A DNA stretch of 64,000 bases from Octopus sinensis (taxonomy: Eukaryota): NCBI RefSeq assembly GCF_006345805.1, contig NC_043006.1, positions 65,782,001 through 65,846,000 on the forward strand, in the 5' to 3' direction. Position numbers and translations under genes: made by a program. Shown here one piece after another: positions 12,204 to 24,247 of this stretch (its first letter is position 1; each line of letters starts with the position of its first letter). The notes under the pieces are model-generated. The model ran no database searches and was not told where the DNA came from. It saw only the letters and a program-made list of their open reading frames with translations.

Positions 12204-13680
12204 CAACAATCAAGGAACGGCCATAATAGGCCATTGACCCACTAGAAATAACAGCCAAAGCTTCAACCGCAAATAACATTAATTCCGTAAACCAGGAGAA
12301 AATTAAAAAACATTTACCCTGTAATTTCTTATACGATGCACCGTTTCATCTACTGTTTAATGGTAAACTAACCTGATTAAATTAAATCAAGCCAATCTTC
12401 CATAGGCCCTTAGAATCATCAGTAAGAAATAGCCAAGTCGGAACAGATATTTTCACGAGGCATTTCCGTCCCTGCCTCGGCAATATCTGACCTAATATTT
12501 TCAAATCATCGCACTCGCGCCAAATTTATCGGCAGCAAATAAATATAAGCCGCCGATTCCATTACGGAATTAACCAGAAAATTCATAATTAATCAATATA
12601 GGGTGGCAAAAAATTTTGTAGAATTTTTTTGCCACCAGCGGCCTAGTGGGAAAAATTAAATAGTCATAGACCATTTTTAAGTTCAACATCAACAATCAAG
12701 GAACGGCCATAATAGGCCATTCACCCACTCGTAATGGAATCGGCAGCTTATATTTATTTGCTGCCGATAAATTTGGCGCGAGTGCGATGATTTGAAAATT
12801 TTAGGTCAGATATTGCCGAGGCAGGGACGGAAATGCCTCGTGAAAATATCTGTTCCGACTTGGCTATTTCTTACTGATGATTCTAAGGGCCTATGGAAGA
12901 TTGGCTTGATTTAATTTAATCAGGTTAGTTTACCATTAAACAGTAGATGAAACGGTGCATCGTATAAGAAATTACAGGGTAAATGTTTTTTAATTTTCTC
13001 CTGGTTTACGGAATTAATGTTATTTGCGGTTGAAGCTTTGGCTGTTATTTCTAGTGGGTCAATGGCCTATTATGGCCGTTCCTTGATTGTTGATGTTGAA
13101 CTTAAAAATGGTCTATGACTATTTAATTTTTCCCACTAGGCCGCTGGTGGCAAAAAAATTCTACAAAATTTTTTGCCACCCTATATTGATTAATTATGAA
13201 TTTTCTGGTTAATTCCGTAATGGAATCGGCGGCTTATATTTATTTGCTGCCGATAAATTTGGCGCGAGTGCGATGATTTGAAAATTTTAGGTCAGATATT
13301 GCCGAGGCAGGGACGGAAAAGCCTCGTGAAAATATCTGTTCCGACTTGGCTATTTCTTACTGATGATTCTAAGGGCCTATGGAAGATTGGCTTGATTTAA
13401 TTTAATCAGGTTAGTTTACCATTAAACAGTAGATGAAACGGTGCATCGTATAAGAAATTACAGGGTAAATGTTTTTTAATTTTCTCCTGGTTTACGGAAT
13501 TAATGTTATTTGCGGTTGAAGCTTTGGCTGTTATTTCTAGTGGGTGAATGGCCTATTATGGCCGTTCCTTGATTGTTGATGTTGAACTTAAAAATGGTCT
13601 ATGACTATTTAATTTTTCCCACTAGGCCGCTGGTGGCAAAAAAATTCTACAAAATTTTTTGCCACCCTATATTGATTGAT
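12204..13680. mobile_element. 486-bp-unit element: forward arm plus about 2 inverted tandem units, terminal hairpin, in (TA)n
   Basis: CAACAATCAAGG recurs at 12204/12690 and CGTAATGGAATCGG at 12730/13216 (period 486). 12204-12566 is the reverse complement of 12730-13092. Hairpin GGTGGCAAAAAA...TTTTTTGCCACC near the end. Confidence 0.8.
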
Positions 13681-13689
13681 TATATATAT

Positions 13690-13731
<42 letters not shown>

Positions 13732-13767
13732 TAGGTATACACGTATATATATATTTATATATATATA

Positions 13768-14187
13768 CCCTCCATCAGACGCCTACCATATTCTGAGCCC
13801 CTTGTTTCCCTGGGTATGGATTCACTGAAGCTCCGGCTTCTGGCGACGGACTTGGTAAACACCCACAAAGTTATCAACCACCTCACCAACAACAACACTG
13901 AACACTTTTTTGATCTCCATGTGTTTAACACACGTGGACATGCCTACAAAGTCAGAAAACAACACAGCTCCCATGACTTTCGGAAACATTTTTTCACGCT
14001 CAGAGTTGCTGAAGCATGGAATAAACTGCCTGCGTCAGTTGTTGACTGCCATGACACTGCATCCTTTAAGGCCCTCATGCATTCCGAAATCCGCCGAAAC
14101 TACACCTGATTATATATACACTTTAGATGAGTTGTAGTGCACCTGAGCACTGTACACAATTATAATTATTATTATTATTATTATTAT

Positions 14188-14195
<8 letters not shown>
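13768..14195 (+). mobile_element. CR1/L2-group LINE 3' end with (TAT)n tail
   Basis: NTRGHAYKVRK...RKHFFTLRVAEAWNKLP is the typical CR1-group ORF2 C-terminus. (TAT)n follows at about 14165-14195. Confidence 0.8.
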
Positions 14196-14236
<41 letters not shown>

Positions 14237-14247
14237 TAGATATACAC

Positions 14248-14286
<39 letters not shown>

Positions 14287-14342
14287 TATATAATATATAT
14301 ATATACATATATATATATACACATACATACATATATATATAT

Positions 14343-14388
<46 letters not shown>

Positions 14389-14522
14389 GTGAAATAGAAA
14401 GATGAATAATCTTGTAGTAGATTAATCAAAAGTTTCGCCATGGGCTCTTAGGAGCACAGTTCGATTTGTTTTTTGCTCTGCCTCTGTTCTGTTTTTGTTT
14501 TTCCAACGGATTTCCTTTTTTC

Positions 14523-14602
14523 TTCCTGAAGAGAAAGACACAATATGGTCCCATTATTCAATCGGATTTTGGTAATTTGTGCCTTTCGAAACACGTGTAG
14601 AA
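14523..14602 (+). ncRNA. Type-I hammerhead ribozyme, canonical core
   Basis: TTC-CTGAAGA-GAAAGACACAA...TTGTGCCTTTC-GAA-ACACGTGT-A-GAA. About 10-bp stem II with one mismatch, palindromic stem III, GUA site, short stem I. Confidence 0.7.
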
Positions 14603-14717
14603 TGAAATAAAACGATTTCTGTTCAATCTGCGTTCAGCTCCATTTCTTCAATTCACCAATAATATATATATATATATATAATATATATATATATATATAC
14701 ATACATAGATATATATT

Positions 14718-14753
<36 letters not shown>

Positions 14754-14822
14754 ACCGCGTGTGTACCGTTGGTGATTTTTTTTTCCTCCGTCTTCCCTTC
14801 TCTGGATCTTTCCTTTTCCTAT

Positions 14823-14857
14823 GTTTCTGACAAAGAGCTCCGCTCGAAATGTAAAAC
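14823..14857 (+). ncRNA. Minimal hammerhead motif, CpG-decayed
   Basis: GTTT-CTGACAA-A-GAGC tcc GCTC-GAAA-TGT-A-AAAC. G8A and ACGT>ATGT are both explicable as CpG decay. Confidence 0.55.
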
Positions 14858-14954
14858 CCTCCTTCTTCCCTTCCTTCCTGAGTGTCCAATAATACTATAT
14901 TTGTTCCACGTCCTCATGTTGTTGTGCTTTCTCTTTGTGTTTTCATGTTTGGAT

Positions 14955-14994
<40 letters not shown>

Positions 14995-16559
14995 GCACAT
15001 GCTGTCAGTAATTACTCAGGGTAGGCAGTTGGTGACATTTATGTAGTAAAACACACAAAAAATAAGTGAAACACGTGACTGAGTTGAAGGCAGATTTACT
15101 TTTGCCTTTGTAACACGTAAAGAAAACATTGTTGTAAGAGTGTACGTAGCACATGTACTATAGCAGTTCTATGCATTACTTATATATTGAGATTGAAAGG
15201 CAGGGACGAATTATGCCTACCTAATCTACAAAAAATATAATATTTTTCATTTTATGCATAGTAATCAGAGTAACCTTCATAATTTTATTGAATTAGGTAC
15301 ATGTTTTGCCATGAAAGGAAAATATTGCTATCAATCTATTTTATTCAAGGTAGGCACTGGCTACCTAGGCAGCATGTCCCTGGTGTGTGTATATATATAT
15401 ACACACACTGTGATGATGACGATGATATATCTATACACATACTGTGCTTGAGGAGACCTATTGAGTCAAGTACATCAACATCAAAAAATCAAATGGAAAT
15501 TGTAGTTGTGATACCTGTGCCGGTGGCATGTAAAATGCACCATCCGAACGTGGCCGCTGCCAGCACTGCCTTGACTGGCTTCCGTGCCAGTGGCACATAA
15601 AAAGCACCAACCGATCGTGGCCATTGCCAGCTTCCCTTGGCACCTGTGCCAGTGGCACGTTAAAAGCACCCACTACACTCATGGAGTGGTTGGCGTTAGG
15701 AAGGGCATCCAGCTGTAGAAACACTGCCAGATCAGACTGGAGCCTGGTGCAGCCTCCTGGCTTCCCAGACCCTGATAGAACCGTCCAACCCATGTTAGCA
15801 TGGAAAACGGACGTTAACCAATTGTGATGATGATGATGATGATGAGATAAGAACTTTGGAACAAATTGGCCAACAGCTGGATTTCAAATTAAGACTGGAA
15901 CAATAGAATGATTGCATTACAGAATTAATTCTTATCCATCCTTGACCTCTGATCAAACACCACCAGGTCATATAGTCATTATAGATGCATTACAGTCATG
16001 TTATTTAGTCCTCTTTAGTTTTGGGCCACAAGCCCTATTAGCTATCCACAGGAGCTATCTTAAAAGTCTACACTGAGTGCAGCTTTTAAGCTAGTATATT
16101 TAAATATACATATTAGAGTTATGACTTTTTGATCTTTTTGGAAGTAAACAATTTCCTGTATCAGAAGTCGATGAACAATTTCAAAAAGTTAAAAAACGTC
16201 ACTCCCAACTGAAGAAATCTAACACCACTTTTGACCCAAATCATGCATAATTTCAGTGGGTGGGGGTGTCATGCCTACTGAAAATTTTACCAAACTTGGT
16301 CTGCTGACTTAATGCCATGCAGAAGCAGTATATCTCAAATTTCAGCTTTCATGTTTGAGTAGTTTAGGAGTTATAGAGTTTTTAATTTGTTACAATTCAG
16401 GCCCTACTTTAGGAAATATCTTCTACCTCTCCTTTTTATTTCTGTGATGCTAAAAATTCTGCCAATATTAATTGTTTTTCAGAATATTAGGCTTATCCAA
16501 CTAGAGTATCTAAAATAATGTCTCATAAGAGAAGTGCCTATGTCACAGAATCTTGTGCA

Positions 16560-17460
16560 ATTTTAAGACTCACATAGAAAAAGAAGACTTGTTCCTCTAG
16601 AAGACATTCTTTGGAAACAACTGCAGGACACCAATGAAACTTCAAATTGTTGGTTGCTACCTGTTTCTTGGAGGTACCATCAAAGGAAAGGAAAGAAACA
16701 ATAAAAGAAATTCCAAAAGAAGTAACTTTTATATGGCAAAAGAAATTAAATTTCCCATATTTATGAATTTAAAATATACAAGCAAAAGTAGAAAAAGTGC
16801 TGAATACCAATGATAAATGTGTAAAACGAGGAAAATATGATTCACTGAAAGGAATTTTTGATATCACAACGGAAAACGGTGAATGGCTGTGCAGTGAGGC
16901 TTGAAGGTTAAATTATCTTCAAATGAAAGCAAGGGACAGGTTGAGTATGGAACTGGAAAAGCAGTCAGTTCCAAAACTAGCCATCCATCCAAAAGAAGAA
17001 AAGTGTCCTTAATGCCAAAGTGTCCTTTAAATTCATCCAAAAGAAGAAAAGTGTCCTTAATGCCAACTTCAACCAGAGCTACTCCAATGTCATCATCAAC
17101 GTCTGAAGCAGAGACTGAAAGTGAATCTGAAAAATCAGATGAAGAATCCACACAAACAAGGAGGAAGTATAGCAAAACTGGAACTGCAACCAAGTTAGTA
17201 ATATCTTCCAAGCTATCAATCTAAAAAGCAGCAACAGTTTGTTGACAGTGATATCAAGATGGAATCAATGCCAAGACTCCTTCCCAAACCAGTATTTATA
17301 GACCAACTATCAAAGCTGTTAAAATAAAAAAAGAAAATGAAGAAAACGCTACATTTAGAAAACTGATCATTGCATTTTGATGGTAAATGTATTGATGACC
17401 AAGAATACCAAGTGCTGGTTTTAAAGAATGAACAGTCAGGTGGTATTGGCAACAGCCACA
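16560..17460 (+). mobile_element. Degenerate DNA-transposon-like coding relic, superfamily unassigned
   Basis: Fragments KVEKVL...GIFDITTENGEWLCSE, an acidic/Ser linker and LIIAFDGKCIDDQEYQVLVLKNE, broken by stops and frameshifts. Confidence 0.45.
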
Positions 17461-17544
17461 ACAATGATTTCATTTGACTCAACAGGTTTTCTCAAGCACA
17501 GCATATTGCCTGACAATTGAAGGATATGTTTAAATAGGCCGGTT

Positions 17545-17900
17545 ATATGACTCTGGCCTGGGCCACACCTATAGTCTCACTTGGCTTGCTGTGTCTTCTC
17601 AAGCACAGCATATCTCCAAAGGTCTTGGTCATTTGTCATTGCCCTTGAGAAGTCCAACATTTGAAAGTCATGCTTCACCATCTCATCCCAGGTGTTTCTG
17701 GGCCTACCCCTTCCACTGGTTTCCTCCACTGTTAAGGTGTTGCACTTCTTCACAGAGCTGTCCTCATCCATACATAACACATGACCATACCAGCACAGTC
17801 ATCTCTCTTGCACACCACATCAGATGCTTCTTATGTCCAACTTTTCCCTCAGGGCACTTACACTCTGTTGTGTATGCACACTGGCATTACACATCCAAAA
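17545..17900 (-). mobile_element. RTE LINE C-terminal fragment
   Basis: EETSGRGRPRNTWDEMVKHDFQML...DQDLWRYAVLEKT. Confidence 0.75.
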
Positions 17901-18383
17901 GGATCATATAGCATTTTTGATGTAAGAGTCTTATTAAATTTGTTAACAACCTTTACATCAAATCAACTGTAACGCGGCCTCACAAATAAATAATAAGCCA
18001 GTATTTGCGATAAGTGTTGAGTACAACCTTGACTGACGGAACTTGAGTTTATTTCTATTAATGAAGAACAAATAAAATATGAATATAGAAATAATCAGTC
18101 ACCAGTTCAAAGGAAAAGAGAAAAGGTTTTATTTGCCACACCCGCTTTTTATAAAACATGTAAAAGGAAGATATTTCTTTACAAATTTTATTTTGCTTGA
18201 ATAAGAATTTGGCTCATAATCCAACAAAATTTTGAATGCAACAAAATATTCTATTCAAATAGTTATTTATACACATATGTAACATGTACATAGACACACA
18301 CACACATATACATACGTACAAATGTACATACATATATTCACGCATACATACATACATACATACATGTGTGTGTGGGTGGGTGG

Positions 18384-18422
<39 letters not shown>

Positions 18423-18885
18423 TATAAATTAGGGTACCTGAGAGATACCACCATGCTGAAATAGCAGTCAAAACCCTGACCCTAAGGCCACATTAAATGT
18501 TCATATAGCACTAGGAGAGTAGACAGGCAAAATAAACTAGCAAAAAAGATTTTTCTGGATAATTCAAGATCCTGGATTTCTGACTTTGCATAAGAGAAGC
18601 TCTGCCTTCTTCAGTTGAATATACCAGATAGCACATAAATACAGATATATATATACAGAACATACATTATACTTACATATATGAATGCTCATACATATAT
18701 ATGCACGTATGTACACGACCAGCTTAAATTTGCCTGCCTGACAGCTCCCCATGTGATATTATCAAAATAAATACCGCAGTGAATACAATGACAAAATATA
18801 TAAATTTATAAATAAGGATAAAATTGATATTTAAGATCGATACTTAAATATCAATATTATTCTTATTTATAAATTTATATATATA

Positions 18886-19810
18886 TTGGGTCATCCCATA
18901 AATAATGTGGGTTTTTCACTTGCATGAACTAAAAGTCAGAGAGGAACTGGATAAACTACCTGCATCAACTTGTTATAATGCAGGTAGTTATTTTACCTTA
19001 TGCTTATTCTTAGTGCAAGTTTTGAAGAGTGCAGTTTGATTTTAACATATATTTTTGTTAAAAGCTATCATGGAAGTGACAAAGGAGAATATTTGTCTTA
19101 TATTGCTTTATGAATTCAATAAAGGCAACAACACAATGGAAAATGCAAGGAAACGTTAATGCAGTATATGGGGCTTGAACAATAAGTGTAAGCCAATGTG
19201 AGCAGTGGTTCCAGAAATTCCAGGCTGGAAAATGAGCCTTGCCCTGGAAGATCTGTAGAGCTCAATGAGGACATTTTGCAAACCCTGGTGGGACAAAATC
19301 CCATCATAACTGTTGAAGAACTAGCAGAGAAGCTTGGATTTAGTCATTCAACCATTCATCGATACCTGCGTGACACTGGAAAAGACAGCAAATTGGGTCA
19401 ATGGGTTCCTTGCAAACCATCTGAGTCTAATCACACATAGAGAGTGAATGTGTGCTTTTCTTTGCTGTCATACCTCACAAATGAAACTTTTTTGGACTGA
19501 ATAGTGACTGGTGATGAGAAATGGGTTCTCTATGAAAATGTCAGGAACCGAAGACAATGGGTAGGGAAAGAAGAAACACCAGCACCCCAAACTAAAGAAG
19601 GTTTTCACCCACATAAGGTGTTGTTATCTGTTTGGTGGGATATGAAAGGTTTAGTCCACTTTGAAGTTTTAAATCCAAACCAAGCAATAAAAAAGGAGAT
19701 CTACTGCAAGCAGCTTGAGCGGCTTAAGTCAGCACTAGAAGAAAAACAACCATCTTTGGTTTCAAGATGAAAGGTGTTCTTCCATCAAGGTGTTCTTGGC
19801 CACATACAGC
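18886..19810 (+). mobile_element. mariner (D,D34D) relic, left TIR + transposase N-terminal two-thirds
   Basis: TA|TTGGGTCATCCCATAAAT TIR. HTH ITVEELAEKLGFSHSTIHR, WVPCK (WVPHEL-like), VTGDEKW, KVLLSVWWD. Premature stops. Confidence 0.88.
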
Positions 19811-19914
19811 GAGAAAGTTGAAAGTTGAAAAGGTGTCAAAAGTTTCTTTTAGATATATGTATTGTGTAATTAAAACAAGTGGAGAATAATCTTATTGTAT
19901 AAATACATTAATAC

Positions 19915-19999
19915 ATACATACCTGTATGCATACATACATACATACATACATACATACATACACACATACATATATGCATACATACATGTATGCATACA

Positions 20000-20031
<32 letters not shown>

Positions 20032-20111
20032 CACAAACATATATGCATGCATACATACATACATACATGTATGCATGCATACATACATACATGCATGCAT
20101 GCATACATACA

Positions 20112-20147
<36 letters not shown>

Positions 20148-20230
20148 TACACATACATACATGCATACATACATACATACATGCATGTATACATTCATAC
20201 ATACATACATACATACATACATACATACAA
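19915..20230 (+). repeat. (CATA)n microsatellite
   Basis: Long imperfect CATA array. Confidence 0.95.
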
Positions 20231-20905
20231 ACAAAAAAAAAACTAACCTGCAGACACACAGACACAGATATCATGAAGTCGAGCACACGCCCTTTCAAGC
20301 TTACTCACAATTAACACAATCGGTGTCTAACTTTTGTTATAAAAAAAACATATTGGTGTTGCACTCAACTCCCTGTGATTACATTTATGATTCTATAAAC
20401 AGCACTACGCCCCAAAATAACAATGTGTGTGTTCAAAGCTTATATACATATGCATACATACATGCATACTTACATACATATATATACATACATGTATACA
20501 CACATATACATACATACATGTATACACAGATATACATACATGTATACAGATATACATACATGGCACGTAAACAGCACCTTTCGAACGTGGCCGATGCCAG
20601 CACCGCCTTGACTGGCTTCTGTGCCCGTGGCATGTTACCTGCTGTGCTTGGGGAGACCTATTGAGTCAAGTACATCAACATCAAAATAAATATCAAATGG
20701 AAATTGTAGTTGTGATACCTGTGCTGGTGGCACGTAAAAAGCACCCACTACACTCACGGAATGGTTGGCATTAGGAAGGGCATCAAGCTGTAGAAACACT
20801 GCCAGATCAGACTGGAGCCTGGCGCAGCCTCCTGGCTTCCCAGACCCTGGTCGAACCATCCAACCCGTGCTAGCATGGAAAACGGACGTTAAACGATGAT
20901 GATGA

Positions 20906-20965
<60 letters not shown>

Positions 20966-21069
20966 CATACATACATATACATACATACATACATACATAT
21001 TATATATATATATAATATATATATATTATATATATATATACATACATACATACATACATATATACATTC

Positions 21070-21154
<85 letters not shown>

Positions 21155-21359
21155 ATATATATATATATATGTATGTATGTATGTATGCATATATTTATAT
21201 GATCAAAATAAGCAACAGGGTATCAAGTAGTGATGCACTACAACTATTTCAAGCAGCTCCGTTTAATTGAACAATGCAATCATTACATCAATTTAAATGC
21301 AGTTCCATCTGTAGTGAGTGCGCGATTTGAATATAGAGGCACCTACCTTCTCTTCTTAG

Positions 21360-21733
21360 TGATGGAGACCCTCCAGTGATGACTAGTCCTTCCTCACAGC
21401 CCCGACCCGAACACTAACGATAGCAGCTGCTAGCCCAAACCCTTAGCGACGTCCTCACATGTCTTGTCACCTGCACGACCCACGTTGGAAAGGGCACAAT
21501 TTCTGCTCCCTGCGCACGCCTGACAGCTGACCCCTTCCACTTGCTCCAGCTTCCGGTCAACGCACCCGGCTGCTGACGTCATCCCACACGCCACCCTGAT
21601 CTTAAAGATCACAATCTCTCCGCTCCATGTTGTAGTCCACCATCCAACCGGGAGAGCGCCTTGCTCGTCGAGATCTTCTCAAGCTGGGCTCCTCGTTCTC
21701 CCCCTCTCCAAAATCATCGTCCGTCTTCAGCTG
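21360..21733 (-). mobile_element. Possible LTR-retrotransposon 3' relic (pol tail, PPT-like, LTR)
   Basis: GC-rich island. Minus RRSRRARRSPGWMVDY, then AGATCAGGGTGGCG and TG...CA (21588-21360). Confidence 0.35.
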
Positions 21734-22035
21734 CACAAATACACACACACACACACACACACTCACATATGCAATTCCAGTGACAGAGTTCTTGTTTCTT
21801 TATTAGAAAACAGTTGCCTCTTGCTAGGAATTTGCTGAAGCAAGTTTTCTACAGCAGGATGCTTTTCCTGTCACCAACCATCACCTGTTTCCAAGCCAGT
21901 TAACATTTCCGCAATGGCCAGACATATTTCTCACTGGACGATTGGGAATAAACAACCTCCCCTGTATGACAATGAGGCTCATTTTCAACCTTCCCATGAT
22001 GCATAAATAAGGATATACATAAAAGCACATACACA

Positions 22036-22932
22036 CAGAATGTTCAGGCTAAATTTTATGATTTTTACATCTCCTTTTTTCAGGAATAGCTCAACGTATT
22101 GGTGAAAAGTGAAAATGGTGTTGGAGAGTAAAAGTTTTGGAGATGTAAGTTGTAGTTGAGAGAAAATTAACTGTCATGGAAGACTAGAAGCCATCTGAAT
22201 ATTGGAAAAGAGTTACCTGTATAATGATGATTCATGCCAGGTGTCAAAATGCCAGCATCATGATTGCTGCTCAGTGTTCTGTGAATACTGTAAAGGCTAT
22301 GATGTGCCACGTATTATGAAAACCAAGTTCCCCCTAAATTGTGATGGTCTTTGGGTGTGTCTCCAATGAATATGATGTTATGCCACTCCACATCTTTAAA
22401 CAGGGCCTTAGGCTCAATTCAGACAGCTACACGAAGCTACTGGGGACTGTGGTCAATCCTTGGCTGGAAAGGGTTACTGCTGGAAGGCCATATGTGTAGC
22501 AGCAGGATTTACCCACCTTGCCATACCTCTGGAAAGAGAAGTGGATGTTAGAAAATTTCTACAACTTTGCTATCCCTAATTTCTGGCCTCCTAATCCCCC
22601 TGATTGTAATCCCATGGATTACTGTGGGTGGGGTGCAGTTGAGAAAGACACCAACCACTCTGGCTGCAACACCAAGGCCGAACCTGTGACCAAGATCAAG
22701 GAGGTGTTTGAAGATCTTCCAAGGGACACATTGAGGAATGCATGTACCAGGTTCTGGAGCTGTTTTGAGGCCAGGGTGGAAGCTGAGGGCAGCTAATTTG
22801 AGTAAACTGTTATCTCCCTGCCATGATCTGGTTGATAAATTTTTGATTTTTGGATATACTTTTATTTTTGGATGGTTTACTGTTTTCCTTTCCTTGAATG
22901 CAAACTGTCAAATTCAGCCCCCGAACACCTTG
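22036..22932 (+). mobile_element. maT/DD37D-like Tc1-mariner relic with both TIRs
   Basis: VMVFGCVS and WPPNPPDCNPMDYCGWGAVEK. Ends CAGAATGTTCAGGCTAAATTT / AAATTCAGCCCCCGAACACCTTG|TA. Confidence 0.75.
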
Positions 22933-24211
22933 TATACATACTGGTTAACACTGTAAAGTGTTTGGCATTAAGAAGAACGTCCAGTTGTAGAAACCCTGCC
23001 AAAGCAGAGACTAGAGCATCATGCAGGCCTTGGGCCCATCAAATCCTGTTAAACTATCCATCCCATGCCAGCATAAAACATGGATGTTAACTAATAATGA
23101 TGATGATGAGGAGGAGGTGGAGGAGGAGGAGGTGGAGAATATAAGGTAAAAGGTAAAGTTAACTTTTTGAGACAAGCTGAATCATAAAGCCAGTTTCCTG
23201 GATCATGGTGTTATATATTTCATACCTGGATGGGATGCTGGTCCATTGTAAGATTACTGATTTTGGCCAGCTCAGTGGACTGGACCAATGTAAAATGAAG
23301 TGTTTTGCTCAAGAACAGAACACATCATCTGGTCGAGGAATTGAAACCACAATCTCATGATCATGAATCCAATACCCTAACCATCAAGCCACACACTTCT
23401 ATGATGATGATATATCCAGGTTCAGTCCCACTCTATGGCACCTTGGGCAAGTGTCTTCTATTATAGCCAAGGCCAGCCAAAGCCTTGTGAATGGATTTGG
23501 TAGACAGAAATTGAAAGAAGCCCATCATATATCATCATCATCATCATCATCATTTAGCGTCCACTTTCCATGCTAGCATGGGTTGGACGGTTCAACTGGG
23601 GTCTGTGAAGCCAGAAGGCTGCATCAGGCTGAGTCTGATCTGGCAGTGTTTCTACGGCTGGATGCCCTTCCTAACGCCAACCACTCCGTGAGTGTAGTGG
23701 GTGCTTTTTACGTGCCACCCACACAGGTGCCAGATGGAGCTGGTAAACGGCCACGGATGGATGGTGCTTTTTACGTGCCACCGGCACGGGGGCCAGGCGA
23801 GGCTGGCAACGGCCACGAACGGATGGTGCTTTTACGTGCCACCGGCACTGCAATTTCCACAGCTGCAATTTCCATTGATGTTGATCGACTTCGATTTTGG
23901 TTCTGCTTTCTGATATCGGATTTGATTTGGTTTGATTTTGATTTTCACTTGCCTCAACGGGTCTTCACAAGTAGAGTTTTGTGTCCCAAGAAGGAAAGGT
24001 ATGTAGGCCACAGGTTATGTTCTCACTAGTCTTGCCGGGTCTTCTCACGCACAGCATACTTCCATAGGTCTCGGTCTCTAGTCATTTCCTTGGTGAGATC
24101 TAAAGTTCGAAGGTCGTGCTTCACCACCTCGTCCCAGGTTTTCCTATATATATATATATATATATATATATCAGCTTTTTTTATTCCTTCTCTGTTTATT
24201 TTCTCATGTTC

Positions 24212-24247
24212 CTTTCTGTTGAAGAGCATAGGCTCGAAATGTAAAAG
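24212..24247 (+). ncRNA. Minimal hammerhead-like motif (CTGTTGA core) in a Penelope-like repeat fragment
   Basis: CTTT-CTGTTGA-A-GAGC atag GCTC-GAAA-TGT-A-AAAG. Confidence 0.5.

Noticed and set aside
12830-12900. GAAA...CTGATGA in the 486-bp unit as a type II/III hammerhead
   Set aside because: No stem II closes the core, and the 32-kb relative has GGAA/CCGATGA without compensating pairs.
19870-21075. Many ORFs of 60-311 aa rich in Y/I/C/V/M/H/T (also at 5.7-6.2, 14.1-14.4, 25.8-27.4, 31.8-32.3, 34.6-34.9 and 42.0-42.7 kb)
   Set aside because: They are translations of (TA)n, (CA)n, (CATA)n and (TCTA)n microsatellites, which lack stop codons. There is no coding signal.
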